Notes: generated by a model not told the origin, from the letters alone. A stretch of DNA of 64,000 nt from Octopus vulgaris (GCA_951406725.2 OX597822.1:80352001-80416000), one strand, 5' to 3'; positions 25,834 through 39,153 are shown, counted from the first letter of the stretch. Numbers and translations: made by a program.

Positions 25834-27144
25834 TTAGAATTTCCTCATGTGCAAGCATCTTAATGTCTTCTCCGGTCTAGAATGTATTACATTACCGTTG
25901 GGTGTGAAATTCCTGTAAAATTCTTCTAAACACATGTTACATCTATTGGCTCCAAGTTTGTATGGTTTTGCAGTACAAATTAACTCCCATTTAATCGTAT
26001 GGTCCAGATTAATTTGCTATGACCCGTTTGGACCCTTGTATTGTTTGTCTTTATATGAACTCAAATGATTTGCTAGTCTCCTTTTGAAAATTAATAATGT
26101 TCCATCGATGTAAAAGAAATCCTTTCTCTCTGATGTAATTAAACATCTACATACTACATTTTTAGTTTTACACTTATTTTGCACATAAGAGGATTCCCGT
26201 TTAGAACAATTGCAAAGATTCCGCTTGACGTTATTATGCTTTCAATTTATTATGTTATTCTGATTGTAATCACGTTTGTGAAATTTCGGTAACATTTTAA
26301 CATTATATGCTGTTACAATTTGTTACGACTAAGACGATAACCCGATCTAATCTTATGTCGATTAAAAATCTTGCAATATTTGTGGTTTCTTGGAGAATAT
26401 TATTGAATTGCTAAATTAAACAATTTGAAAAAAATGTAATTGACCTGTTTAACAAATGGAACGATTAAACAAAAAGTATTATTCAAGATCATAAAGTATT
26501 ATTGATGAAGTATTATTAAGATCATAATTTTGATGGTAATACCCGTTTTTCGAAGGAGTATGTATTCTCTAATTTCGATCAATTTTGAAGTTTATTTTAC
26601 TTTTACTTTTATCTTTAACTCTTTTAGCCGACTTTATATCATAAGAATTTGAGATTTTATTTTGAGAATACTGCATCTTTATTTGCGTTAGCAGTACGAA
26701 AATTTTTAATCCGGTTATCAATGATCTTATTATTTTCTCTTTTGTTATAAATATAATTGCTCATTTGTTTATTTCACTATTAATATCACCTGCTCTTGTT
26801 ATTTTATCAACTTGAATATTTAATTTTAAACCTCCATTACTACATTCATTATAGGTAGATTTGTTTATAGTACTAGATTTTATGACAGCAATATTAAAAT
26901 TATTATTTAAATCTCATTCGATATTTGACATATTAAACTTAATTTCATCGTCATATCCCGCTTTCTTAAGTGCCAAGTTGTTGTAGACTTCAATAAGTTG
27001 GAAAATATTCTCATTCGCTGATAATTTATTTATTCCAGACGAAATGTTCTTTATTAGTGAATTCGTTATTGATTTGAGATGATTACTTCCAATATTTATA
27101 ATGTAATAAATTCTAGACAGGCGCATGCTTTGAGATGCTTGCAC
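25834..27144 (-). pseudogene. decayed PLE ORF: RT C-terminus/thumb plus GIY-YIG endonuclease
   Basis: INIGSNHLKSITNSLIKNISSGINKLSANENIF...NLALKKAGY (thumb); CNCSKRESSYVQNKCKTKNVVCRCLITSERKDFFYIDGTLLIFKRRLANHLSS (degenerate VVY-YIG, RxxxH); KPYKLGANRCNMCLEE; RCLHMRKF*; multiple frameshifts and stops. Confidence 0.85.
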
Positions 27145-27348
27145 ATGAAGAAATTCACATTTGCGAAGTATAAATGAATAATTATCATTTAAACTATAAA
27201 CAGTTTCGAAACGATAGACTGAAAATGATTATTCAATAAGAACTTAAAATAGCAAACGTTCGCGTCTGACTTAACGGACAATTCTACATTATACAACGCA
27301 GAGTTTATAAAAGAAAATCATCAAACAGCCATCACGAATGCTATCAAG

Positions 27349-27427
27349 TTAAAACCCTGAATAGACTGCACCGTTATATATTGCAACGATTACTAATCGG
27401 TGCAATTGAAACAAGTGCTGGTCTTAA
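27349..27427 (+). ncRNA. degenerate hammerhead copy in the inverted pLTR
   Basis: TTAAAACC CTGAATAG actgcaccg...cggtgcaatt GAAAC AAGT GCT GGTCTTAA; core and cleavage-site mutations relative to the 25554 copy. Confidence 0.7.
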
Positions 27428-27834
27428 AAGGTGGCATATAATTATAAAATTAAGGGTAATATTAATTCTACTTCAGAGTAATCCTTATTTTCAATATTGT
27501 CAATATGTATACTCCAGGAAATACTTAAGGAAATATATTCAGAATTATCCAACGGAATATTCATCTAATTTCTTATCTTATAAGACCTTTATTGGATTCA
27601 TGTTAACTGTTGAATAACATATTTGAATACCTAACTGAGAGGAAACCGGTAATCGTTTTGGGATAATGCCTTACTTTTTCATAATATATATATATAAAGA
27701 GAGAGAGAGAGAGAGAGGGGGGGTGAGAGAGAAGGTAAAAGAGAAAGAGAGAGGTTGAGCGAGAGAAAGTGAAAGGCAGAGAGGGGTGAAAGACATAGAG
27801 GGAATGAAATAAATAAAGATATGCAGATATAGAT

Positions 27835-27866
<32 letters not shown>

Positions 27867-27867
<1 letters not shown>

Positions 27868-28260
27868 AAGAAAACCTTAAATATATTCATATATTCACTG
27901 AAATAGCAATCACCCCAAGTACATAACACAGTCTATAGTAGCATTTCGAGGTAGTCGTCTAATGAGGTGATATTTAAGCAAAACGAGAATTTGTATAACA
28001 AAGTTTTGGAGGAAGCAGAATACAAAGAAAAATTAGCGTATAGCCCTGGAAACCAAGCTAAAGCAGATATATAATAAGGTTACTTGTAATATACGTAACA
28101 GCAACCGAAATAATAACCATAAAAAGAACCTAGAAGGTCCAAGTAAGTGGATAAAAAAGTCATAAATAGAGAAGAACGAATATATGGGATGCAACCAAAG
28201 AATAAACAGCTCGGACGATAATAAATAAGATCCGAATACGAGTGGATTACGTGTGCAATT
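27867..28260 (+). pseudogene. second PLE RT-thumb fragment
   Basis: ENLKYIH...SNHPKYITQSIV...SSNEVIFKQNENLYNKVLEEAEYKEKLAY matches the same PLE thumb motif; disrupted. Confidence 0.7.
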
Positions 28261-28283
28261 ATATATATATATATATATATATG

Positions 28284-28556
28284 TATATTAGAAGAAATGA
28301 GGTAATCAGAAGATCGGATGGTTCATATTTATAGATATTTATTTATATATTACATTTTTTACATATATATATCATATCATTCAGATTATTAGCGCTTTCT
28401 CCCATTCTAGTGGGGATTTGAAAACCCCACTAGAATGGGAGAAAGCGCTAATAATCTGAATGATATGATATATATATGTAAAAAATGTAATATATAAATA
28501 AATATCTATAAATATGAACCATCCGACCTTCTGATTACCTCATTTCTTCTAATATA
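28284..28556. repeat. near-perfect 132-bp-arm palindrome, 9-nt spacer
   Basis: Arms 28284-28415 and 28425-28556; one mismatch seen by eye. Confidence 0.95.
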
Positions 28557-28583
28557 TAATACATGTACATCATCTCCAAACCT

Positions 28584-28651
<68 letters not shown>

Positions 28652-28929
28652 TTTTTGATAATAATAAGAAAATGTTAAAAACAGTTTACAAGAAAGTAAT
28701 CAGAACAGGACTGCAAAAGGTAGAGTTCAATAAAAAGCATGTTGGTTTGGTAGTATATATATATATGTAAATACACAGAAGGAGACATATTTAAGAATTT
28801 ACAAAAAATTGTAGAGGAATAACTGACCTATCTGACATTTTCACTTGTGTGTCCCTTAAGTTAGCAAACATTCTTTAGCTATCTTAAGGGACAGTGTGGG
28901 AGGTTGGTTGGCGGGAAGCCGCCTTAAAT

Positions 28930-29125
28930 AATTTCAACTTTTGGCCCAAGTGCAGCAATTTTATCAATGGTATAAGTCAATTACATCGATCTCAATGTTC
29001 AAATAGTACTTATTTTATTGACCCCAAAATGATCAAAGCCAATGCCGGCCTCAGCCGAATTTGAACATAGAACGCAAAGGCAAATCACATGTCCGGCATG
29101 CTAACGGTTCTGACGGATCGTCTCC
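28930..29125 (-). mobile_element. SINE family B diverged copy
   Basis: aagtcaattacatcga...tacttattttattgacccc...ggcctcagccgaatttgaac. Confidence 0.7.
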
Positions 29126-29170
29126 TTTACTACTACTACTACTACTACTACTACTGCAACGACTAATAAC

Positions 29171-29213
<43 letters not shown>

Positions 29214-29370
29214 TTACTTATAATGATAATATCAATAATAATATCATTCTCTTCATCATCATCACCATCATCATCATCGTCATTAGCAGCAGCTGTAGCA
29301 GTAGTAGTATCGGCTTTTGCAGCAATAGTTTTGCCTTCCGAGTGACTAAGAGAAAGTCCCTAACGTCTTC

Positions 29371-29467
29371 TAATCCGAGCTTAATCCACGCGGTACTTTA
29401 ATCCCTTTTCTAATCGCTGAAGCGTTAATGTAAGAACTTAATAAACCGTGCTAAATAAACAGGATTA
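29371..29467. promoter_or_regulatory. candidate enhancer: cluster of K50 homeodomain TAATCC sites
   Basis: TAATCC at 29371, 29382 and 29399, TAATCG at 29411, GGATTA at 29462, all in non-microsatellite sequence. Confidence 0.35.
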
Positions 29468-29744
29468 TGTGTCGACTGCAGGTTTACATCGACCAATATT
29501 GTCTTGTTGGATTTCAGGATGGGAGTGGAGTGGAGTGGTGTGGGGTGAGGTCGAGTTGGAGTGGAGAGTGGACAATCAGTGTGGATGTTGTTGCTGTTTG
29601 CTAATATGAACGTTTTAAAAAATTATTTCGTTTCTTCCTTTGTTTTTTTGTCTTTTTTCATTATGGAATATACGCAAAACAGGAAAATAGGTCGATAAAA
29701 AAATTGAGAGAGAAAGAAAAAGAGCAAAAGTGTGTATGTGTGTA

Positions 29745-29788
<44 letters not shown>

Positions 29789-29919
29789 CAGAGGGAGAGA
29801 AGGAAGTAGAGAGAGAGATACAGATCAATACATTTGTAGATAATATACAGACTGCTAGGAATACAACTGCATATCCATACAGACAAGTACACGGTAGACG
29901 AAATGTATGCATGTGTATA

Positions 29920-29964
<45 letters not shown>

Positions 29965-30124
29965 ATGTGTGTGTGTGTGTGTGTGTGTGCGTGTGTGTGT
30001 GTTTGTGTGTGTTAACTGCTTCTACAACTATACAAAGCATTGTGTTCGTAAGCGAGAAATCATTATTTGTAGAAAATATACATTTTTTCGTAGATTTCAA
30101 TCGTTTTTCGCTGGTGCTTTAACC

Positions 30125-30505
30125 AAATGTTTAATGGCACTTCTTTCGGATTTTCCGTTGTGACAAGCAATCTGCCTTGCATCCAATCAAAATCAACTGG
30201 TACTACGTCGGTTACAACGCCGAGCATTTCTGTTGATCCGACCAACGCAACAGCCTGCTCGCACGTGAACTTAACGTGTAAGTGGCTGAGCACTTACTCC
30301 ACAGACACGCATATCTCGTCTACGTGGTTCTCAGGGAGATTCAGCGTGACAGAATGTAACAATGTAGAACTCATTTTTGTCAGATGGGTGGACGGGAGCT
30401 ACGTGAAACATAGTGTCTTGCTCAAGAACAAAACACACAAGTGGGAATCGATCTCACGACATAACAATTGTGTGCCAAATACCCTAACCACTACGCCACG
30501 CACTT
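30125..30505 (-). mobile_element. tRNA/CORE-type SINE family C
   Basis: Reverse complement head gtgcgtggcgtagtggttagggta...gagatcgattccc followed by CORE-like gttcttgagcaagacact. Confidence 0.75.
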
Positions 30506-30534
30506 ATCAAGATATAATAAACAGGTACCTTAAT

Positions 30535-30958
30535 ATACTTGCTTCAGTCTTTTGCGGCCATGGTGGAGCACCGCCTTTCGTCGAGCAAATCCACCCCAGG
30601 ACTTATTCTTTGTAAGCCTAGCACTTATTCTATCGGTCTGTCTTGCCGAACCGCAAAGTTACGGTGACGTAAACACACCAGCATCGGTTGTCAAGCGATG
30701 TTGGGGGAACAAACACAGACATACATACAAACACATGCACACACATACATATACATATACATACATATATACATATATATATGTATATATAAACTACAGG
30801 CTTCTTTCAGTTTCTGTCTACTAAATCCACTTACAAGGCTTTGGTCGGCCTGAGACTATGGTAGAAGACACTTGCCCAAGGTACCACACAGTGGGACTGA
30901 ACCCGGAACTGCGTGGTTGATAAGCAAGCTACTTACCATATAGCCACTCCGGCACCTA
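30535..30958 (-). mobile_element. SINE family A, full length
   Basis: Reverse complement begins aggtgccggagtggctatatggtaagtagcttgcttatcaaccacgcagttccgggttcagtcccactg; internal (TA/CA) tract. Confidence 0.9.
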
Positions 30959-31309
30959 TTGAAACACTTTATTCGCAAATACTTTTCGCTAATGCTGTGT
31001 GATACATATCAGACACGATATCAAAATTGCAATCAAAACCGAGCAATTATAATTGGGCTAAAGCTTGTCGTAAAGCATAGAATAGTTTCTGAAGGACAGA
31101 GATTCAACTCTCAATGTATGAAATATGTGAGTTGAGTTTCAAATTCGTGATTTCGTGAAAAAAAACCCAAAAAAAACTTCCCTGTGTTTATTCATTGATA
31201 AACATAATCAGGAATAGTGACTTTTCCCTTTTTCTTTTCTTTCCTTTGTAGACTTTCAAAATCACGAGCGCAAGTTGTGGATTTAATAGGATTTACAACA
31301 GTAGTAATA

Positions 31310-31625
31310 ATTCTATCTGTTATAGGCACAAAGCTTCAGATTTAGCAGACGGTGTTAGTCGATTACATCAACCCCTGTGCGTGAATTGTACTTTATTTTA
31401 TTGATCCTGACAGGGTCGAAAAAAATAAAGTAGATTTGGGGGAAAATTTGAACTCAGAACGGATTTCCAGGAGAAAATACTCCTTTTTAAACTAAAGCTA
31501 TAAGGCTTGAAACTTTGTGGGAGGGCCTAACTGAAAGGATGACAGGCAAAGTCAACCTCAGCGAAATTTGAGCTCCGAACATAAATTATATAAGTAATAA
31601 ACCTTTCTGCTGTAAGTACAAGGAC
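31310..31625 (-). mobile_element. cluster of SINE family B fragments
   Basis: ggcacaaagc...gtcgattacatc...tttattgatcc and gaaaggatgacaggcaaagtcaacctcagcgaaatttga. Confidence 0.65.
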
Positions 31626-31814
31626 TTGGTGATGTCGAAGGATTATCTCCCGCTAGCGATTTGAACACGAGTCCTTCAATGCACAGAAAGTTCATATGAG
31701 AGATTCTCTCATGACGACTATCACAGTATTATGTATCAGGAACAATAATCCACTTCTAAATGGGGATAAACATCATCTTTTGTTGTTAATACTATTTCTG
31801 TAGTTAATCATTAT

Positions 31815-31904
<90 letters not shown>

Positions 31905-31909
<5 letters not shown>

Positions 31910-32135
31910 GATATGACTGTATATACGTTTTTGTCACCCAGCCCCACTGCTTCACACTTCGTGTTGGATTGTTCGCGTCTCCGTAACATTAGTGGTTCGG
32001 CAAACGAGAATGATAGAATAAATAGCAACACATTAGAAAATAAATAAGCCCTAGGGTTAATTTTTTCGACTGCGATTCTCTGAGGCAGTGTTCCAGCATG
32101 TCACTCTGCAAGGGCTGAAACCATTAAAATATGAA
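31905..32135 (+). mobile_element. SINE family A 3' half after a (CA)n tract
   Basis: ccgtaacattagtggttcggcaaac...gatagaataa...ttccagcatg. Confidence 0.7.
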
Positions 32136-32845
32136 AAATGTATTTAATAATAGATGTATATGAACGTATGAACCTATTGTCTCAACAGAAAATAAAACAA
32201 AACAAGCATACATGTTACTATTTTACTATCCGTATGTACAGATTCAGAGCTAATGCACTTGTAGATATCCTAGGGAATCGCTTCTCTATAGAGAAACACA
32301 ATAATTGTAATATTTCGTTCCATATTTTCCTGCGCACAAAATTTTAAATGGCAACGTGATAGACTAACAACGTTAATCTGGTTATAGTTACAATTTTTAT
32401 GATAAACGTGCCATCAAAATGTCAGTAGCGATAATGTATACGGAGCCACAAATATTGTCTAATAAATATTTACAATGGAACACGCGTATAACTGCCAGCC
32501 TGTTCTAACCGTCTAAGTTCAGCGATAAACGATTCATATGTGCCCGCGTGAGTGTTTGTATGAAAATTATGCATACATTAAAACTTACATGTATGCATAC
32601 GTATACACACACATGCACATACACACACACACGAACACAAAAACATAAACTCACACAAATACACTCAAACACACACTCATGTATGTGCAGATATATACAT
32701 ATATACATATATGCATTTGTGTGTGTATATATATATGTATGTATATATATACATATATATATATATGTGCATATATGTATGTATATATATATATATATAT
32801 ATATGTTTATATATATATATGTGTGTGTGTATCTATATGTATATA

Positions 32846-32879
<34 letters not shown>

Positions 32880-33629
32880 CATCAATATGAGAAATGATCA
32901 TTCATTTAAAACATACATACATGTATACTATACAGAGACACACACACACGCACACACACACACACATGTACTTACACATGCACAAATTAAGCTGTATTGA
33001 AACGAAATATTTCGAAATAGAAGTCTTTTTTTTGTCTCTCTTTTTTTTCCCACAATTACCTTTACATAATATCTCTCAGGACGTTGTCGGTGTATTGCTA
33101 GGTAATAGACGAGTAAACAGCATGCTATAGTTTCCTCTGTATAAATAACTATTGAATGTATAACTTGGATCGATTATAGAAAGCATAAAGCATAAAGCAT
33201 ATCCATTAAATCTTTAATTGTTTCCAACGATATCGTGGTAAGTTCAGTGGCTTGAGTCACTTGCTTAACACATAATGAGCTGTTGATGACGGTTTTTCGA
33301 TTATCGACAATATCCGCGCGGGGATCTGTCGTTCAGATCGTTGCAGTTAGTTTAGAAGCATCTAGCTGATCACATAATGCAAATCTCTGGTCGGAGCGAA
33401 ACAAAGCGACATCAAAATGCTGTAGGTTTTAAATATTGAAATGCTTTAATAAGTTAATCCTACCTGAATAATGCAAACCTTATAGTTTATTTTTAAATAA
33501 TTGTTCTTGGACCCAAGGGCTTACAATGGTAGTTACTCGGTTTCCAAGGCGAATAAGTGATGGAAATCTCAGTGTTGCCACTGAACAGACTGTCGGGCCG
33601 TTGTTGCATTCAATGTCAGTAAATTTGAG

Positions 33630-34050
33630 GTCAGAAGCCAAGTTCATTACATCGATTTTTCAGCACTTCACTGATATTTCAATTTGCCACCCACCGAAGG
33701 AGATGAATGGTAAAGCTGATTTCGCTGGGATTCGAACTCAGAAGATAAGGAGCTGGAAGATATGCAGCGAAACATTTTCTCCAACATGCTAACGAATCTT
33801 CGTGCTTACCGCCAAAATCCTTATAATTCTTTTTGATTATGGCACCAGGCCAGCGATATTTAAGGGAAGGAGCAAGTCAATTACATTCACTCCAGTACTT
33901 CAATGGTACTTTACTTTTATTTTATTCAATCGACTCTGAAGAGATAGACTGTAAATTTGTCCTCGATGTGATTTGACCTCAGACCATAAAGAGACAATAA
34001 ATGCAGTGAAATATTTTATCGAGCAGCTAACGATACTTCCAGCTCACAAA
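33630..34050 (-). mobile_element. two adjacent diverged SINE family B copies
   Basis: attacatcgat...ccgaaggagatgaatggtaaagc...ttcgaactcag and aagtcaattacatt...ggtactt...aatcgactctgaagagat. Confidence 0.65.
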
Positions 34051-34559
34051 CACAATCTTTATAATGTACAGGAATGAAATATTTCTATTACAATTCTCAC
34101 GGAATCACAAATATATTAGAGAGGATGTCCAAACTACTAAATCTGTCTCTATACTTCACTTGGTGAGTGGAACATCCAACCTGTTCTAAACCACCAGGTC
34201 TCATTTATTCCCTCTGTTGTCGCGTGTTTCTTAAAGACAGCAAAGTAACAGGCTTTTTGCGTTCTGATTTCGAATCCTGCCATGACCTAAGTGGATAGAA
34301 GACTTTATCGGTCACTGGGTTTAACACAATCCGCTCATGCTAGTCACTTAGATTATGTCTCTGTTTTGCGATTGCCTTCTTCTCTCTCTCCTGATCGTCT
34401 TGGGAGCCCTAGAAGGAATGAGAGGCATCATACAACTCACTTGGCTAAGCGATACATTAACATGTTCGGGCTGCACATAGTAACATCACTCTTTATCAGT
34501 CTGGGAAAGATGAAAAATAGATCTTGTTTTCTGCCTTTTATTCTCAGTAACTGTCACTA

Positions 34560-34995
34560 TAGGCACATGACCGGTTGTGTGGCTAAAGCAGAAGCTCGCT
34601 TCGCAATCATATTGATTCAAGTTCGGTTCCATTATGCGTCATGTTGGACAAATGCCTACTACAGCCACAAGTCGACCAATGAGTCGTGAGTGAATTTAGT
34701 AGACAGAAACTGTGTAGAAGCCTGTCACATATATATGTGTGTGTGTGTGCGTGTGTGTGTATGTGTTTGTGTGTTTATGATTGTTACCCCACCACCACCA
34801 CCACGCTCCTGCTTGACAACCGGTGTTGGTTTGTGTACCTCTTCGTATACAAAGCGTTTCAACAAAAGCGACCGATAGAATAAGCATCAGGCTTAAAAAA
34901 TAAGTACTTAAGTTGATCTGTTCGACTAAAAGCCGTCAAGGCGATGCCCTAGCATGGCCGTAGTCCAATGATTGAAATCAGTAAAAGGTAAAAGG
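34560..34995 (+). mobile_element. SINE family A diverged copy
   Basis: gttcggttccatt...gtgagtgaatttagtagacagaaactg...(TG)n...gcttgacaaccgg...gttcgactaaa...agcatggccgtagtc. Confidence 0.85.
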
Positions 34996-35569
34996 TTAAT
35001 TTCGTGGGGATGAAGGGCGGAGTCAACCCTGGTGGGATTTGAAGTCATAATTTCAAAGGAAACGACGAAGCTGCAAACAACCTATTTTACTCTTTTAACT
35101 ATTTCCCACCTTCAGTCAAATTAAATAACGTAGTGATTGCCATAATTATTATGTTAAATAATATAATTATATTAAAAACAAGGAAATAGCTATATTGATT
35201 AAAAATTATTGATTTTCTAATTAAGTTTGGATATTAAAATTAAGTTCTGAGAGCGGTAGACAGATGGGAAAGTCACTAGGGTATCAATCAATCAGCTGAA
35301 AAGTTAGTATTTTTATTTCCTTCATCGATAATTATCAGCTTCCCTGATACAAGCAATGTCAAAACCACAAGCCGAGGAAGGAACTTCTGCGTAGTCACTT
35401 GATCTACTAGAAATGGCAGCCAAAGAGTGGTGAACCAAAACTTTTACAAATTCGACCTCGTCAACACACGGTGATTGTTAAGTGAGATATGCTCTTCTGG
35501 TCGGATCTGTACGTCGTTAATTCAGTTTTTCATGAGTTCTTTTTAGAGCCAGGTAAGCTTTTAATATAA

Positions 35570-35760
35570 AAGCGTGTGGTTTTTTGGTCAAAGTGTCGTA
35601 CTCACGATTGCAAGACAGTCGTTTCGATTTCCGGAGCGGTCAGTGCGTTGTGTTCTTGAGCAAAACATTTCATTCCATGTTAGCTCAGTTCACTCAGCTT
35701 CGAAATGACTAGCTCTGTCATGGACCTGTATCTCGTAAAGTGGGAATGTTTTGGAACCGT
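35570..35760 (+). mobile_element. tRNA/CORE-type SINE fragment
   Basis: gtttcgatttcc B-box-like, gtgttcttgagcaaaacatttc, cagttcactcagc. Confidence 0.65.
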
Positions 35761-36106
35761 AAGTATTTCAAAATGCAATTGAAATAAAGAAAACAAATAT
35801 TATGGACATTCATACGTAAAATGTGGCCACTCTTAGTGCGCTAGACGTTCAAAAACCGTTGAGAATGTAGCATGTTTCTGAAGACTGCGTTTTCGAACTC
35901 CTTTCTGCTTCATAACAAGAAATAGAAACAAGGCATTGCCAGGAGGTAACGAGTATCCCAAACAAAAGTAAACTTGCGCATTGGCTCTACCAATTCATTG
36001 GTGTCGTATAGCAAATCTGAGAAGACCATCAAAGAATGATCAATGAAAGAGGCACATTCATGTTGCGTATATGAAAGAAAATGCTTGGAATATAAAACGC
36101 TAAGTA

Positions 36107-36616
36107 CGAGGTGGTATCAAAAAGTTCCCAGAATATTTATGTAGCGCCCAACAGACCGTCAATTGAGAATTCTACAGCGAAGTTTTGAAGCGTTCGCAAC
36201 GAAAGCAACTGGATATGTGGAGCGCGAAAACTGGATTCTTCACGATAACACTGCAGTCTCTCCTCACTCCTGGGTTTCTCGCCAAAAATAACATGAAAAG
36301 GGCGCTTCTGGAAACACCCTTTTTGCCAGATTTAGCAGCTGCGGACTTTGTTCTCTTCCCCAATGTGAAAAGGCAGCTCAAAGGTCTCCGTTTTAACACC
36401 GTTGTCGAGATCCAGAGCTAATCGCAGAAGGTCTTCGACTCGCTTACGCAAAACGACTTCCAGGCCGGAATACAAAACTGATAGGCACACTAGGGCCGGT
36501 ATTTTGCTGCGCAAGGTAACTATTTAGAAGGATATGATTTTAAAACTCAGGTAAGTAAGTTATATATATTTTTTGTATTAAACATAGCTAGTAGGGAACC
36601 ATTTGATATCACCGCA
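36107..36616 (+). mobile_element. internally deleted mariner (Tc1/mariner) transposon
   Basis: TA-flanked TIRs cgaggtggtatcaaaaagttccc / gggaaccatttgatatcaccgca; peptides WILHDN and PFLPDLAAADFVLFPNVKRQLKGLRF correspond to the mariner HDNA and YSPDLAPxD motifs. Confidence 0.9.
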
Positions 36617-37149
36617 TACAGGTAAATATTGCAAAACAGTCGGTCCCGCTATATAACATTTCTGCCATTCACGATTAAAACCTAAATTTCACCTCAGCAA
36701 AATTTGTAATTAAAAACGTAAAATATCGCATCAAATACGGCAAGTTTTTTGTTCGATGTCTCTAATGATTCCGCCATCCACCGCCTATTTCGAAACACCT
36801 TTATAAAATCAGAAGTCTGTGTAGTTTGAAGGGAATAACCCTGCTCGTAACTAAAGGTATTTTCCGAATACCTTTAAGTGTTTTCTGACCATTACTAGAA
36901 TGTTCTTCATATAATTTATTACTAGGATCCTTAGTCCTTTTCACTGTTGCCCACAATCATCTTTATAACATTTTAATGAAGCACTGAATGGCTTCAGGTG
37001 TTACTCTACTTTAACAATATTTAATGCGAATGCTCAGTTCGAAGCAACATAGAATATAAAGAGATTAGAGTAAGACAACTTACAGAGCTGGTAAAGGCAA
37101 AATATAAAATTAGACCCAGGAAGTATTCGCATCAAAATGACCACAAAAA

Positions 37150-37500
37150 GTATTACAAAATTGAATTACGCATGCTCTGTGGTCATAAATGTTTAGTGAT
37201 GACCAGAAGAGAACGATTGCGAACACAAGCAATGGAAATGGGGTTCTTGCATAAGAACGTTAATTATTAGGCCTCGTGGCTTGGAGCCGCTAATTCTCTG
37301 AGACGTCAAAGCTCCGGTACTACGGAAATGTAATTAGAATGACGCAGGAAAGTATTGGATGACAGATTATTGAAGCGCAGCCAACCATCAGGAGTCCAAG
37401 GGGTAGAGCAAAATGGATGGTCAGATAATATCTATAGTCTCAGTATGTCTCACTTGGGAATCCGACAGGAATATGTCCTTGCAGTTGCTTTTGACAGGAC
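37150..37500 (+). mobile_element. RTE-group LINE 3' remnant
   Basis: Frameshifted peptides RLRTQAMEMGFL, LEPLIL, QSSGT/LRYYGNVIRM and RSPRGRAK resemble the RTE C-terminal (LRWxGHVxRM...RxRGRP) pattern. Confidence 0.65.
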
Positions 37501-38287
37501 CCTATAGAGAAGGTGCCTCAGGGCTTTGCCTCCATTGCACTCCCAAGAAAACTGGGTGGAGAAAATGGAAAGATAGTATTATGTTTCAACTTGAAGAGCA
37601 TACAGCCAAATGAATGTTTCTTAACGTGTATGCGAGACCTTCTAGAAATGGCTACCGAACCCTGTCGAATTCGATCCACAAACTTTCAAAGAATAAGTGG
37701 CATATGATGTAATGTAACTCGCCAAAATATAGGAAGATCAGATTTTGAATATAATTCGGTCGTGGTTCTGTTGCTTCATGGCAAACCTAGGGTTAAAGAA
37801 AACTACACCAACTAAACAAAAAAAAGAAGAGGAAGACAAAAAGACATCAACGAAAGTGATTTATTCGAAGTGGTTCTGAGTTACATGAAAGGTCTCCTCA
37901 CTTAATCGAGATTTCTGGGAGTGGTTTGACAGTTAAAACACGTAGCTTCTCCATTAAAGGAAGTCAATAGATATAACAATCTATTCAGACGAAGGGACAG
38001 ACACTAAGGATTTTCGATCTATGCAGCTTTTCAAAAGCCCTGCACGCCCCACGCCACACACACACACGCACACAACCCATATACTTACACGTACACACAC
38101 AGACACACACGACTATATATAAATTAATGCTGGAGAGCTTATCTTTGTGTCTGTGCGCATGCGTCGTGTGAGTAACCGTATCTGTGAATATATGTTTATA
38201 CACACACACACATACACAGACACACACACACATATATATATATTTGTGTGCATGTATTTGTGTATATAAACAGTACATATACATACA

Positions 38288-38350
<63 letters not shown>

Positions 38351-38673
38351 GTATGCATTTGTGTTATTGTTACCGTTTCAAAGCATTGGGCAATATTTTT
38401 GTAGGTCTTTATATACAATATATTCATAGCCACGTCAATATAAACCAATTCCTCTGTTATATTGGTCTGATTTCCTCTATATCCCAACACAAAACTACCC
38501 ATCTGCAGTTTTGCCTATATACCCGATTACATACTTACACACAGGCATATATGTATTGCATCGATTCATAAATTCATACATACGTATAACAGGCTGACAC
38601 TATCGACCAGACGCATCTGCAGTGGAAATCCACGGAGTCTTTTATTGCATAAATTTCATATAAGTCCGTGTGT

Positions 38674-38716
<43 letters not shown>

Positions 38717-39029
38717 CGCGTGCGTATGTGTGTGCATGAATGTGCTTGATTCCGCCAGGTAGTGTTTTCATATAAAGGCATGTTACCAATTCAAAATTAA
38801 TATAGGAATGAGCCTGAATATATGAAAAGTGTTTTTAGACTTGGAATATACGAAACCAATATTTGCGTGATAGAATTTGTTATGAGATTAAATCTGGCAG
38901 AGACTTATATTAAATTTACTGACGATGGAATCAATTGCCCTCTTTCACACCAATGAAAAGACACATGATACACACACATACATACTCGTAAACGCACATA
39001 TTCCTAAGCCTATTCATATTTGGACGTAT

Positions 39030-39146
<117 letters not shown>

Positions 39147-39153
39147 CATATAT

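Larger units (their letters stand above)
25482..27499 (-). mobile_element. 5'-truncated Penelope-like retroelement with inverted pseudo-LTRs
   Basis: Inverted arms of about 270 bp at 25482-25759 and 27234-27499, each with an HHR motif, enclosing an RT-thumb and GIY-YIG remnant. Confidence 0.9.
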
